A stretch of 60,374 nt of DNA, taken from Ginsengibacter sp. Its GTDB lineage: Bacteria; Bacteroidota; Bacteroidia; Chitinophagales; Chitinophagaceae. The notes beneath the pieces were generated by a model that worked only from the letters and a program-made list of their open reading frames with translations, made no database searches and had not been told where the DNA came from. Below, piece after piece: positions 21,164-31,127 of this stretch. Made by a program: the position numbers and the translations under genes. The DNA lies in NCBI GenBank assembly GCA_040007325.1, contig JBDTVF010000001.1, positions 1 through 60,374 of the forward strand. The letters run 5' to 3'. Numbering within the stretch: the stretch's first letter is position 1; the number at the start of each line of letters is the position of its first letter.

Positions 21164-22021
21164 ATGAAAGGAATAATATTAGCAGGCGGAAGTGGAACTA
21201 GATTATACCCTATTACCATGGGAATCAGCAAACAACTTATGCCGATTTACGATAAGCCTATGATCTACTACCCGCTTTCAACCTTAATGCTGGCGGGGAT
21301 TAAAAAGATATTAATTATAACAACGCCGGAAGATCAACAACAGTTTAAACGTCTCCTTGGCGATGGAAGCCAATGGGGATGTAGCCTTCAATATGAAGTC
21401 CAGGAAAAGCCAAATGGCCTTGCTCAGGCATTTGTTATTGGTGCTGACTTTATCGGAAAAGATTCAGTCGCCTTGGTGTTGGGTGATAATATATTTTACG
21501 GTAGTGGATTTTCTAATCTTCTGCAACGATCTGCCAATCCTGATGGTGCGGTAATATTCGCATACCCCGTGAGTGATCCTGAAAGGTATGGTGTGGTGGA
21601 GTTTGATATGGATAATATTGCAGTGAGTATAGAAGAAAAGCCCACACAGCCTAAATCGAATTATGCGGTACCGGGTTTATATTTTTATGACAACACCGTT
21701 GTGGGGATTGCAAAAAATATTATGCCTTCCCCAAGAGGAGAATACGAAATTACTGATGTGAATCGTAAATACTTATTAGATAAAAAATTGAAGGTAGCAG
21801 TATTAGATCGTGGTTTTGCGTGGTTAGACACAGGTACTTTTGAATCTTTACACGATGCATCGGAATTTGTAAGAGTGATTGAAAAGAGGCAAGGATTTAA
21901 AATTGGCTGCCTTGAGGAAATTGCATACCGGATGAATTTTATTGGCAAAGAAGAACTTGATCAGCTTGCCAAAAAATTTGCAAAAAGCGGGTACGGTGAA
22001 TATTTAAAAGGAATACTTTAA
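21164..22021 (+). CDS. rfbA: Glucose-1-phosphate thymidylyltransferase
   Basis: [42 protein letters not shown]. Confidence 0.97.
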   Translation: MKGIILAGGSGTRLYPITMGISKQLMPIYDKPMIYYPLSTLMLAGIKKILIITTPEDQQQFKRLLGDGSQWGCSLQYEVQEKPNGLAQAFVIGADFIGKDSVALVLGDNIFYGSGFSNLLQRSANPDGAVIFAYPVSDPERYGVVEFDMDNIAVSIEEKPTQPKSNYAVPGLYFYDNTVVGIAKNIMPSPRGEYEITDVNRKYLLDKKLKVAVLDRGFAWLDTGTFESLHDASEFVRVIEKRQGFKIGCLEEIAYRMNFIGKEELDQLAKKFAKSGYGEYLKGIL

Positions 22022-22179
22022 TTTATCCGTTTTAGCCGACAATTTATACTATTACAAAGGGATATTCCCAGTTTAAAGGGTAGATTTTTTGCAATTCTTG
22101 CATAACAAAATTTGAAGTGCAAATTTTTACTCAAACTCTCGAATAGGCTTTATATCAGTCTTTAGAGCAGAAATATTAT

Positions 22180-22187
22180 TAACTTCG
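22180..22187 (+). promoter_or_regulatory. Near-consensus -7 element for the polysaccharide export operon
   Basis: TAACTTCG (one mismatch), 54 nt before ATG. Confidence 0.45.
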
Positions 22188-22241
22188 CACGCAATTTTAA
22201 AATCCCAATTCTTGAAAAGAATAATGTAAACTAAGAAGCCG

Positions 22242-24698
22242 ATGAAAGCAGTTGGAATGGTATTATTTATTTTGACAGCAATCCTTGCTTTTTCAAGCAA
22301 TGTGAGTGCACAAATCAATTTGTTTAATACCCGAGACCTTAGTGATGTAAATATCGATGACTACACTGATGATAATCTCATATCGATGTATAACAAAGCA
22401 ATAGACGCAGGAGTTTCGGAATCCCAATTATACAAGATGGCAAAAGAAAGAGGTTTGCCAGATGATCAACTTGCAAAGCTTCGGGATCGTCTTCAGGTAA
22501 TAATCAGCGGGAATCGTTCATTGAACAAGGGGAATTCTATGATAGATTCAGTCAGGGATACAACGTTTGAGCATCGTTACGATACAACGGATTCTCACAT
22601 TCCTTCACGCAAATTTAAAAATGATCCAACCATTTTTGGATCCGAATTATTTACAAGCAACAGCATAGTCTTTGAACCCAATTTGCGAATCCCAGCTCCT
22701 GCTGGTTATATTTTAGGTCCTGATGATGAAATAGTGATATCGGTATATGGATATAGTGAAAAGCAATATAACCTGAAAGTAAATGAGCGGGGGGAGATAT
22801 ATATTCCGAATGTAGGGCCGTTACTGGTAAATGGCTTAAGTATTGAGCAAGCCGGGGAGAAAATTAAAGCCAGGCTTGCGTCAACCATTTACCGCGCTAT
22901 CAATTCCGGGCAAACCAAAGTCCAGATATCACTTGGCAGAATAAAAAGTATAAGAGTAACCGTTATAGGCCAGGCTACAAAGCCCGGGACATTCACGGTT
23001 TCTTCTTTAACTACACTTTATAATGTCCTTTATTTGTGCGGCGGCCCTACAACGATGGGTACCTATCGCGATATAGAAATTATCCGTGGTAACGAGATAA
23101 AAAGAATGGCAGATTTATATGACTTCCTTGTTAACGGTAATCAAAAAGACAATATCCTGCTTCAGGAAGGTGATGTAATAAGAATACCCTATTACAAAAA
23201 CCGTGTTACAGTTTCCGGTAATGTAAAAAGAGAGGGTAAATTTGAAATGCTCGATTCCGAAACATTTAGAGATCTTTTGGAATATTCAGGTGGATTCACT
23301 GATAATGCATATAGAGGCGCCGTTTCGGTAGTGAGGATAACTGACACTGAAAAAAAGATTATTGATCTGCCGTTATCAGAATATGATTCTTTTACAGTAA
23401 ATGGAAGTGACGAATATATTGTTGGAAAATTACAGGAAGAATTTGGGAACCGCGTTGTTGTTGCAGGTTCGGTCTTAAGACCTGGCCAATATCAAATAAC
23501 ACCAGAAATGACCGTAAGCGATCTTATTATGAAAGCTGGTGGGCTAACAGCGGATGCTTATACTAAGGGAGCTTCTATATTCAGAAACTTAGAGAATAAA
23601 ATGCCGTCCATCCTTTCGATTGATATAGACTCGATTCTAAATTACAATCAAGTTGTGAGGTTGCGAAAAAGCGACTCACTTTTTATACACTCCGTTTTTG
23701 ATTTTAATGATAAAAATTATATTACTGTGGAAGGAAATGTTCGAAAGCCAGGTGTAGTTCAATGGCGTAGAAATTTCACACTTCATGATCTGTTGCTAGC
23801 GGTGGGAGGACTAACAGAGTCAGGTGATTCTTCGAATATTGAAATATCAAGAAGAGTAAAAAACGCAAATGTATCGAGTGCAAATCATACTGAAAGTCAG
23901 GTTTTTACTATTGATCTTACTTTAGAAAATGAGAATCAAAAAAATGTATATCTGCAGCCATTTGACATGATAATAATTAAAACGATTCCTGGGTACGGTT
24001 CCCAGCGGAGCGTATTAGTTTTAGGTGAAATTAAAAGTCCTGGTCGTTATAGCTTAGAGAAAAGTGGAGATAGAATTAGTGATGTAATTGCCAGGACTGG
24101 TGGATTTAAAGCCTCTGCTGATAGTAGCTCTATTACTATCAGGAGAAATACTAAATCAAATCTAACAACTCAAGAAAGGGAACAACTTTTTCAGCGAATT
24201 TTAAACATTGACTCCGATAGTCTTACTCAAAATCCGAGACTTATGAATGAGCTTAATAAGCCTTATGATCTAATAAGTGTAGATCTAACAAGTGCTCTTT
24301 CTAATCCTAAGAACACTGAAAACCTTACTTTGGAAGAAGGTGATATTTTGACTGTTGACAGGAATACCAATTTAGTAAAAATATCGGGTGAGGTTTACTA
24401 CCCAACTATTGTACCTTATAAAGAAAATAAAAAACTTAATTACTATGTGCAACAGGCCGGTAATTTTACGAGTCATGGGCGTAAAACGGGAGCCATAGTA
24501 ATACACTCCGATGGTAAAGCAAAATCAGTAACACATTTTTTGTGGTTCAAATTTTATCCATCTGTAACGCCGCGTTCAGAAATTTTCGTTCCCCCAAAAC
24601 TTAAGAATAATCGTCCTAGAATTGGCGCTGGAGAGTGGGCATTGATCATTTCGGCATTGGGTATATTGGCGAATGTGATAACGAATATCACGAGATAA
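22242..24698 (+). CDS. Polysaccharide export protein with multiple SLBB repeats (Wza/KpsD-like OPX)
   Basis: Signal peptide; YILGPDDEIVISVYG; repeated V.GxVxxPG SLBB starts; C-terminal helix. Confidence 0.88.
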   Translation: MKAVGMVLFILTAILAFSSNVSAQINLFNTRDLSDVNIDDYTDDNLISMYNKAIDAGVSESQLYKMAKERGLPDDQLAKLRDRLQVIISGNRSLNKGNSMIDSVRDTTFEHRYDTTDSHIPSRKFKNDPTIFGSELFTSNSIVFEPNLRIPAPAGYILGPDDEIVISVYGYSEKQYNLKVNERGEIYIPNVGPLLVNGLSIEQAGEKIKARLASTIYRAINSGQTKVQISLGRIKSIRVTVIGQATKPGTFTVSSLTTLYNVLYLCGGPTTMGTYRDIEIIRGNEIKRMADLYDFLVNGNQKDNILLQEGDVIRIPYYKNRVTVSGNVKREGKFEMLDSETFRDLLEYSGGFTDNAYRGAVSVVRITDTEKKIIDLPLSEYDSFTVNGSDEYIVGKLQEEFGNRVVVAGSVLRPGQYQITPEMTVSDLIMKAGGLTADAYTKGASIFRNLENKMPSILSIDIDSILNYNQVVRLRKSDSLFIHSVFDFNDKNYITVEGNVRKPGVVQWRRNFTLHDLLLAVGGLTESGDSSNIEISRRVKNANVSSANHTESQVFTIDLTLENENQKNVYLQPFDMIIIKTIPGYGSQRSVLVLGEIKSPGRYSLEKSGDRISDVIARTGGFKASADSSSITIRRNTKSNLTTQEREQLFQRILNIDSDSLTQNPRLMNELNKPYDLISVDLTSALSNPKNTENLTLEEGDILTVDRNTNLVKISGEVYYPTIVPYKENKKLNYYVQQAGNFTSHGRKTGAIVIHSDGKAKSVTHFLWFKFYPSVTPRSEIFVPPKLKNNRPRIGAGEWALIISALGILANVITNITR

Positions 24699-24715
24699 AC
24701 CATATATTTATTATT

Positions 24716-25768
24716 ATGCAAAAAGAAAATGACTTGTCTTTGCACGCTGATCGAAATTCCGAAAATTTTCTTTTGAAAATAATTTTTAGAAATATAATTA
24801 AAAGATGGTGGCTGCTATTAATAATTGGTTTTTTAGGTGGTCTTATCGGATATTTATACGCAAAGGGTGAGGAGCCCATTTACGAAAGCTATTTATCGTT
24901 TGCATTAGATGAGGGTGGCTCTGCTGGTCAAATGTCAGCGGCTGCTGGCATAGCCAGTCAATTTGGAATCTCGCTCGGTGGAGCAAATGAAGTCTTTACG
25001 GGCGACAATATTATAGAAATAATGTTAAGCAGACGAATGATTGAAAGTACACTTCTTTGCGTTGATACATTTAATAACAAACCTATGACCTTAATTGAGT
25101 TTTATCTTTCAGCTGAAGAGCAAAAAAAAAATAAAACCTCAACAATAGACAATGTTCATTTTTATCCGGGAGAATTAAAAAGCACTTTTTCTTATATCCA
25201 AGATAGTTTGCTCTACACCACTTTTTTGGAGATGAAAAGGGCTCATATTTCTGCCAGAAGACCTGACAAAAAACTTAATATTTATGAATTGATGATTAGT
25301 AGTCATAATGAAAAATTTTCTAAATTATTTACCGACAGTCTGATTGATAAGACAAACCATTTTTATACCGAAATAAGTAGTAAAAAGGCAAGAGCAACGT
25401 TGGAGATTTTAGAAAAAAGAGTGCCTGCAATGAAAAGTAAATTAGATATAACTATTAATAATAAGGCAGCAATAGAAGATGCTAACTTAAATACTGCTTT
25501 TGCAAATGCTCAGGTACCATTATTAAAGGAACAAAGTAATACTCAGGTATATGGAGCCGCCTATGCGGAAATGTTTAAGAATCTTGAAATGGCAAGGTTT
25601 CAATATCTTAAAAGTATTCCACTAATGCAGGTAATAGATCTCGCTAATTACCCCATGAAGAAAATTGAAACCAGCAAACTAATAACTACCATAGTTTTTT
25701 CTGTAGTCAGCATTTTTATCTTTTCGTTGATTTTTGCAATCATGAATATTTTCAAATATAAATCCTGA
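24716..25768 (+). CDS. Polysaccharide co-polymerase / chain-length regulator (Wzz-like, no kinase domain)
   Basis: Two terminal TM helices, periplasmic coiled region, PLMQVIDLANYP before the last TM; ATG 24716 after the export gene stop. Confidence 0.8.
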   Translation: MQKENDLSLHADRNSENFLLKIIFRNIIKRWWLLLIIGFLGGLIGYLYAKGEEPIYESYLSFALDEGGSAGQMSAAAGIASQFGISLGGANEVFTGDNIIEIMLSRRMIESTLLCVDTFNNKPMTLIEFYLSAEEQKKNKTSTIDNVHFYPGELKSTFSYIQDSLLYTTFLEMKRAHISARRPDKKLNIYELMISSHNEKFSKLFTDSLIDKTNHFYTEISSKKARATLEILEKRVPAMKSKLDITINNKAAIEDANLNTAFANAQVPLLKEQSNTQVYGAAYAEMFKNLEMARFQYLKSIPLMQVIDLANYPMKKIETSKLITTIVFSVVSIFIFSLIFAIMNIFKYKS

Positions 25769-25854
25769 TACACCTGATCGTGATATTAATTCTTGTGGTT
25801 TAACTTAAAAAAGAGAATATTCATTTTTCTAACGCCTGATTTTATTTAGAAATT

Positions 25855-27333
25855 TTGCCAAACAAAGAAAGAGTTAGTGCCCATATCTTTAATCAGATTT
25901 TAAAAATCAATAAAAACACAGTTTGGTTAATGGCATTAAGTCTTGTAATAGCTATAAGCCAATTAATTGTGTATGCATTAATAAATAAAAATTTAGGAAA
26001 AGAATCATTAGGTGTTTGGTCATTAATCGTTGCGGCCACTTCAATTGGCCAAATAAGTAATTTCGGATTTAGTAATAGTTTAGTTAGATATCTTCCCGAA
26101 TTGCTATTAAAAAATCGAAAAGAGGATATAAAGAAACTCCTTGGAACAGTTAATTTTTCAATTTTTTTTCTAACGTTTCCAATCTTGCTACTTTTGTATC
26201 TTCCAGCTATTGAGTATGCCTCAAATTTGCTAAACCATCCGCAGCTAACTGTTTTTAAGTCAATTATTCCCATTTCAATGGCGGGATTGTTTGTTAGCAA
26301 TATGTTTTCAGTTTACTCTTACCTGTTGGACGCGATGCAGAAATATTATTTGAGATCTGTAGTGCAAATCTCTGGATGGATTTTCTTTTTAATTATTTCG
26401 CTTGCCTTAATGCCAGATTATGGGCTTATGGGTGTTGCAATAGCTTTTTTTACGCAAAATATCCTACAATTTGTAATAATCATTATAGTTGTGAAAAAAA
26501 CCAGAACTCTAAATAAGGTATACCCAATTAATTTCAGTAAAGGAATTTTCCGTCAAATTTCTTCCTTTGGTTTAAAGTCTCAAATGATAAACGTACTGGT
26601 TATTTTTTTTGACCCAGCTGTAAAATTTTTTATAACTAAAAATTTAGGCCTACTATCCACTGCCAATTACGAAATTTCGAATAAAATAGTAATGCAGATA
26701 AGAAATCTACTGGTAAGCGCAAATCAAGTTATTATTCCTAAAATTATCTTGCATAGAAACGCGGGTACAGAAAACAAATATTTTAACTCTATAAGTACTA
26801 TAAATATATTCCTTTCCATAGCCGCTGGTATCCTTATTCTATTAATTGCTCCAGTTGCTGTATTATTTTTTCAAAACGACTATGATAATACCCTGACGCA
26901 ATGTATTATTATACTTAACGTGGGATGGGTTTGCAACATGATCACTTCAGTACATTATTACAGTTGCATAGGGTTGGATAAAATCGGACAACTAGTTATA
27001 TATCACCTTTTGCTTTCAATAGTTCTGATTATATTTTATATTTCATTACCCTTATACCCGCACTTAAAATCTTTATATTTTGCAGTCCCTACGACAGCGT
27101 TGTTTTTCGGCAGTATTTACAATTCATATATATTATCAAAAAAAATCAAGAACTCATTTAAATGGCTTGGCTCGGGTATTTTTCTCTATTTTATATTTGT
27201 ATCCTTAGTAGCACTTGTTGTAGCCTACACAAAAGTGACTTTGATTAATTATTTGATTATACCAGCTTTCTTTTTGGTTTATATTTATTGGATGTTTTTC
27301 TATTACAAAACGAATAAGTTATTTAAACGGTAA
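25855..27333 (+). CDS. Oligosaccharide flippase (Wzx/MATE-like)
   Basis: Many TM helices; LGKESLGVWSL and NFGFSNSLVRY patterns. Start uncertain. Confidence 0.8.
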   Translation: MPNKERVSAHIFNQILKINKNTVWLMALSLVIAISQLIVYALINKNLGKESLGVWSLIVAATSIGQISNFGFSNSLVRYLPELLLKNRKEDIKKLLGTVNFSIFFLTFPILLLLYLPAIEYASNLLNHPQLTVFKSIIPISMAGLFVSNMFSVYSYLLDAMQKYYLRSVVQISGWIFFLIISLALMPDYGLMGVAIAFFTQNILQFVIIIIVVKKTRTLNKVYPINFSKGIFRQISSFGLKSQMINVLVIFFDPAVKFFITKNLGLLSTANYEISNKIVMQIRNLLVSANQVIIPKIILHRNAGTENKYFNSISTINIFLSIAAGILILLIAPVAVLFFQNDYDNTLTQCIIILNVGWVCNMITSVHYYSCIGLDKIGQLVIYHLLLSIVLIIFYISLPLYPHLKSLYFAVPTTALFFGSIYNSYILSKKIKNSFKWLGSGIFLYFIFVSLVALVVAYTKVTLINYLIIPAFFLVYIYWMFFYYKTNKLFKR

Positions 27334-27337
27334 AAAA

Positions 27338-28063
27338 TTGATAAGTAAGATTGAATTATACTATAAAATCAACCGTCTTCTTAATAGTTCAGGTTTTGAC
27401 TTGAGAAGATTTCCCGGGACCGCTCAGAGAATTTTAATAAAATATCTTAACGAAAATAATATAACTCATTGTTTTGATGTTGGTGCTAATATTGGTCAAT
27501 ACGGAAGGTATTTGCGCTCAATTGGATTTAAAGGAAAGATATTTTCTTTTGAACCGCAGAAGAAAGTATTTAACCAGTTACATAAAAGAGCAGCACGTGA
27601 TTCTAATTGGCAGGTTTATAATATTGGTTTGGGGAACGCTAATGAAAAGCGTGTGATTAATATTTCGAAAAACTCGGTAAGTAGCTCCATTCTGGAAATT
27701 AATCCTCTTCTTGTGAAAACAATTCCGGAGACCGAATATGTATTTAAAGAAGATGTTCTGATTGAACGTATAGATTACTTTATTAAAGCGATAGATTTTC
27801 AAGAGAAATTTTTTTTAAAAATCGATGCGCAAGGTTTTGAATCGAAAATATTAGAAGGAGCTGAAGGTTGCATTAAAGATATTTATGCTTTGCAAATTGA
27901 ATTGTCCTGTATTTCATTGTACAAGGAAGAAAAATTATTTGATGAAATGAAAGGATATATCGAGTCGAAGGGATTTTTTTTGTCCTCTATTGAAAACGGT
28001 TTTGCTGATCATTTCAGCGGAAGACTATTGCAGATCGAAGCTATTTTTCTCAGAGACTCCTAA
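27338..28063 (+). CDS. FkbM-family methyltransferase
   Basis: FDVGANIGQY, SFEP, LKIDAQGFE. Confidence 0.9.
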   Translation: MISKIELYYKINRLLNSSGFDLRRFPGTAQRILIKYLNENNITHCFDVGANIGQYGRYLRSIGFKGKIFSFEPQKKVFNQLHKRAARDSNWQVYNIGLGNANEKRVINISKNSVSSSILEINPLLVKTIPETEYVFKEDVLIERIDYFIKAIDFQEKFFLKIDAQGFESKILEGAEGCIKDIYALQIELSCISLYKEEKLFDEMKGYIESKGFFLSSIENGFADHFSGRLLQIEAIFLRDS

Positions 28064-28077
28064 AAATTATTAAATAG

Positions 28078-28929
28078 TTGAGTGTAATGGCAATAAATTT
28101 TAGATTATTATTTCAACAAACGGGTAAATTGATTCTTCTCGGCATTATGGAATTGAGAGGATTTTATTGGAATCTTTCATTTAATAAAAATAAAATATTT
28201 TCTATAAAAATATTACCGGGACATAAAATTAAATATTCACGGAAAGGAGATATCGGGGAGATTATTTATAAAAATGAAGTTCTGGTAAAATATAAAAAAT
28301 CTTTTGAGTATTCTACGCTTCAATTATTCTCTAAAATACTAAAAAGGGGCGATGTGATAATTGATGTAGGTGCAAACTCGGGACTATATTCCATTTTTTA
28401 TTCAAAATTGATTGGTGATGGAGGTGCTGTCTATTCATTTGAGCCTGATATATCTACCTTTTCTCTATTGCAAAAAAATTTGGCTCTAAATAACTGCGGT
28501 AATGTTCATGCATACAATTGTGCATTGTCAGATAAAGAATGTTCTATAGAAATGGTCGCAGCGAATCCAGTAAACATTAACCTAAAAAGCGCCGATTCAT
28601 TTAAATTTATGAAAGAAGTAATTCCGTATGATAAGGCTCGGGAGAATCATTCTATTAAAGCGTTTAAATTAGATGATATCGAGGAATTGAAACCGGTTGC
28701 TAAAATTGATTGTATTAAAATTGATGTTGAAGGGGCAGAATTGTTGGTATTGCAAGGCGGTATAAAAACAATTTCAAAATATAAGCCCATAATAATATTT
28801 GAATTATCAGGAGAATGGACAAGGCGCTTCAATTATAAACCTTTTCAGTTACTAGTGTTATTAAATGAACTAGGATATCAAATGGACGAATATGATTTTC
28901 AACAATGGATAGCAAAGCCTGTAAAATGA
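28078..28929 (+). CDS. FkbM-family methyltransferase
   Basis: IDVGANSGLYS, SFEP, IKIDVEGAELLVLQG. Confidence 0.9.
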   Translation: MSVMAINFRLLFQQTGKLILLGIMELRGFYWNLSFNKNKIFSIKILPGHKIKYSRKGDIGEIIYKNEVLVKYKKSFEYSTLQLFSKILKRGDVIIDVGANSGLYSIFYSKLIGDGGAVYSFEPDISTFSLLQKNLALNNCGNVHAYNCALSDKECSIEMVAANPVNINLKSADSFKFMKEVIPYDKARENHSIKAFKLDDIEELKPVAKIDCIKIDVEGAELLVLQGGIKTISKYKPIIIFELSGEWTRRFNYKPFQLLVLLNELGYQMDEYDFQQWIAKPVK

Positions 28930-28994
28930 AAAAAGTTATTTGTAATCAGATCCCGATTTATAAAGGAATTAATCAATAAAACAGACGCATTGTT

Positions 28995-29786
28995 TTGAAA
29001 GCCTCTGAAACTTTAAAAATCACAATTATAACTGTTTGTAAAAATAGCGAACAGTTTTTGAGCGAGACTATTGAAAGCGTAAAAAATCAAAGCTACCAAA
29101 ATATAGAATATATAGTTATTGATGGCAGGTCAGTTGATAACACTATTCCAATTATTAAACATTACTCATCGCATATTTCACTTTGGAAAAGTGAAGAGGA
29201 CATAGGAATGTACGACGCGATAAATAAAGGATTAAGATTAGCGACCGGCGATTATATATTAATTCTTAATTCTGATGATGTTTTGGCAACAAATGATACT
29301 ATCAAAAATGTTGTTGAACAGATGATAACTGAAACATTCGATTATTACTACGGTAATATGATAAAGTTAAAAAAAGGAAAATTAAAAAAGGTAAAGCTGT
29401 TTCCAGTAACATATAAACAGCTTCTTTTATCAACGCATGGGACTTTCGTACCTCACCCATGCTTTTTTGTTTCCGTTAAATTGGATAAAATATTAGCTGG
29501 CTATAATCTGGCATATAGGTACGCTGCAGACTATGATTACATCTTAAGAGCCTTAGCTAACATAGACTGTAAAGGCAAGTTTATCAACGTAGATATTACA
29601 AAGTTTAGGATACATAATAGTAGCATTACTGCTAGTGGCAAAATACATAAAGAACGAATAAAAATATTACACAAAAACAAGTATTATCGAATACCTTATT
29701 TAACCCGTTTGGGTTCTTACTATATATTATGGATATATTACAAAATCATAAACGTTCTACATTTTTACAAAGCCGACAAGGGGTAG
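28995..29786 (+). CDS. Glycosyltransferase family 2
   Basis: ITIITVCKN, VIDGRSVD, GMYDAINKG, LNSDD. Confidence 0.9.
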   Translation: MKASETLKITIITVCKNSEQFLSETIESVKNQSYQNIEYIVIDGRSVDNTIPIIKHYSSHISLWKSEEDIGMYDAINKGLRLATGDYILILNSDDVLATNDTIKNVVEQMITETFDYYYGNMIKLKKGKLKKVKLFPVTYKQLLLSTHGTFVPHPCFFVSVKLDKILAGYNLAYRYAADYDYILRALANIDCKGKFINVDITKFRIHNSSITASGKIHKERIKILHKNKYYRIPYLTRLGSYYILWIYYKIINVLHFYKADKG

Positions 29787-31069
29787 AAATTTGGGGCAAT
29801 AATATTCTATTGCTTTATATTTTTACCATGCCTTTTATTTCTGCCTTTGCATTTAGTCCTACTATTTCTCTACCGCTTCTTTTCGCTTTAACTTTGTTTA
29901 TAGTCATGGTTGTTGAAACCATCCGTACTTTAAAACTTCCCTTGGAATTTATTGGGTTTGATCTTGTAATTCTTTTTACTTTCCTGTTTTTTGTTGTCTT
30001 TTCCTTTGCGATTAACGGCTTAGGCAATACTTTGTCTTTCAACCATACTCTGGCTTACCTTTCTTCATTTCTGCTGTTTTATGTTGCTATTAAATTCATC
30101 TTTTTTAATGCAAAAAACAAGGTGATGCTATTTAGACGGGCATTACAGTTAATTTCATTTACCACTATAATAAGTGCGGTATATGCAAATGCGGAATTTA
30201 TTCTAAGTAATTTTTTTGATATTGATCTGAATGAGTTTATACCCAGGTCTAGCGAAGCAGAAGTTTCTTATAGACCAAAAGTAATTCAACTTTTTTACAG
30301 GGCCAGAGGGTTTTCTACAGAATCTGGCCACTTTACTTTTATGATGGAACTGTTTAGCCCATTAGTTATCTATTACATGTATTTTTCAGGCTTTTGCAAA
30401 TGGCCATCGTTAGTGAAAGCTTTTGTAGTTATTCTTATCATTCTCAGTTTCATTTTTGCAGTTAGTAGCGCATCTTTTCTAATTTTGCCGGTGGCAATTT
30501 TTTTGGCCTCGCTTGTACACCTGAAAAAGATATTTTTATATTTTAAAAGGCAAAGGATTAAATTTTTTATTACCTCTGGAGTGGTATTTGGTGTGGTATT
30601 AATAATTAATTATTTATTTTCTTTTTACGCACTTATTCTTTTGAGTATAAGTGATAAAATGGATTCAAATTCTTTAGATGACAGGCAGGCGCGTATAAAT
30701 TTTTTTTATAATAATTTTTTCCATTTTGATCTCGTAAAAAAAATAGTAGGGGCAGGCCCAGCAGGTTTTGATGTATTGGGCTATGATGAATCTAAAGCTA
30801 TTCTTTCATTATATTATTCGGTTACTTTTGAATTGGGTCTTGTTGGCCTATTTCTTTTATCATTTTTTTTGATAAATATCATTTTTCATGCTTTGCAAAT
30901 AAAGAGTAACATAGGTTTTTTTCTACTAATCTCATTAATTTCCGGAATTTTTCATTACTACTTCATAGCAAATTTTTGGTATCCGTGGTTTTGGTTTATC
31001 GCGGCTTTTATAATGTTTTGTTCCAAAATATTTACAAATACAGACTCTGAATCTAATTTATTTACCTGA
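29729..31069 (+). CDS. Wzy-like polymerase / O-antigen-ligase-family membrane protein
   Basis: Many TM helices, RARGFSTESGHF, SLDDR and IVGAGPAGF loops. Start uncertain (58-nt overlap with upstream gene). Confidence 0.7.
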   Translation: MDILQNHKRSTFLQSRQGVEIWGNNILLLYIFTMPFISAFAFSPTISLPLLFALTLFIVMVVETIRTLKLPLEFIGFDLVILFTFLFFVVFSFAINGLGNTLSFNHTLAYLSSFLLFYVAIKFIFFNAKNKVMLFRRALQLISFTTIISAVYANAEFILSNFFDIDLNEFIPRSSEAEVSYRPKVIQLFYRARGFSTESGHFTFMMELFSPLVIYYMYFSGFCKWPSLVKAFVVILIILSFIFAVSSASFLILPVAIFLASLVHLKKIFLYFKRQRIKFFITSGVVFGVVLIINYLFSFYALILLSISDKMDSNSLDDRQARINFFYNNFFHFDLVKKIVGAGPAGFDVLGYDESKAILSLYYSVTFELGLVGLFLLSFFLINIIFHALQIKSNIGFFLLISLISGIFHYYFIANFWYPWFWFIAAFIMFCSKIFTNTDSESNLFT

Positions 31070-31127
31070 ATTTAGCTTGCATATGAATTTTTAACTTTAG
31101 TACAATAATCAGGTTTGGCGCTTTCAA

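Noticed and set aside
22107-22127. AAAATTTG-N5-CAAATTTT inverted repeat as an invertible-promoter boundary
   Set aside because: The arms are only 5 nt apart and do not flank the promoter; no recombinase is in the window. It could still be a weak hairpin or operator.
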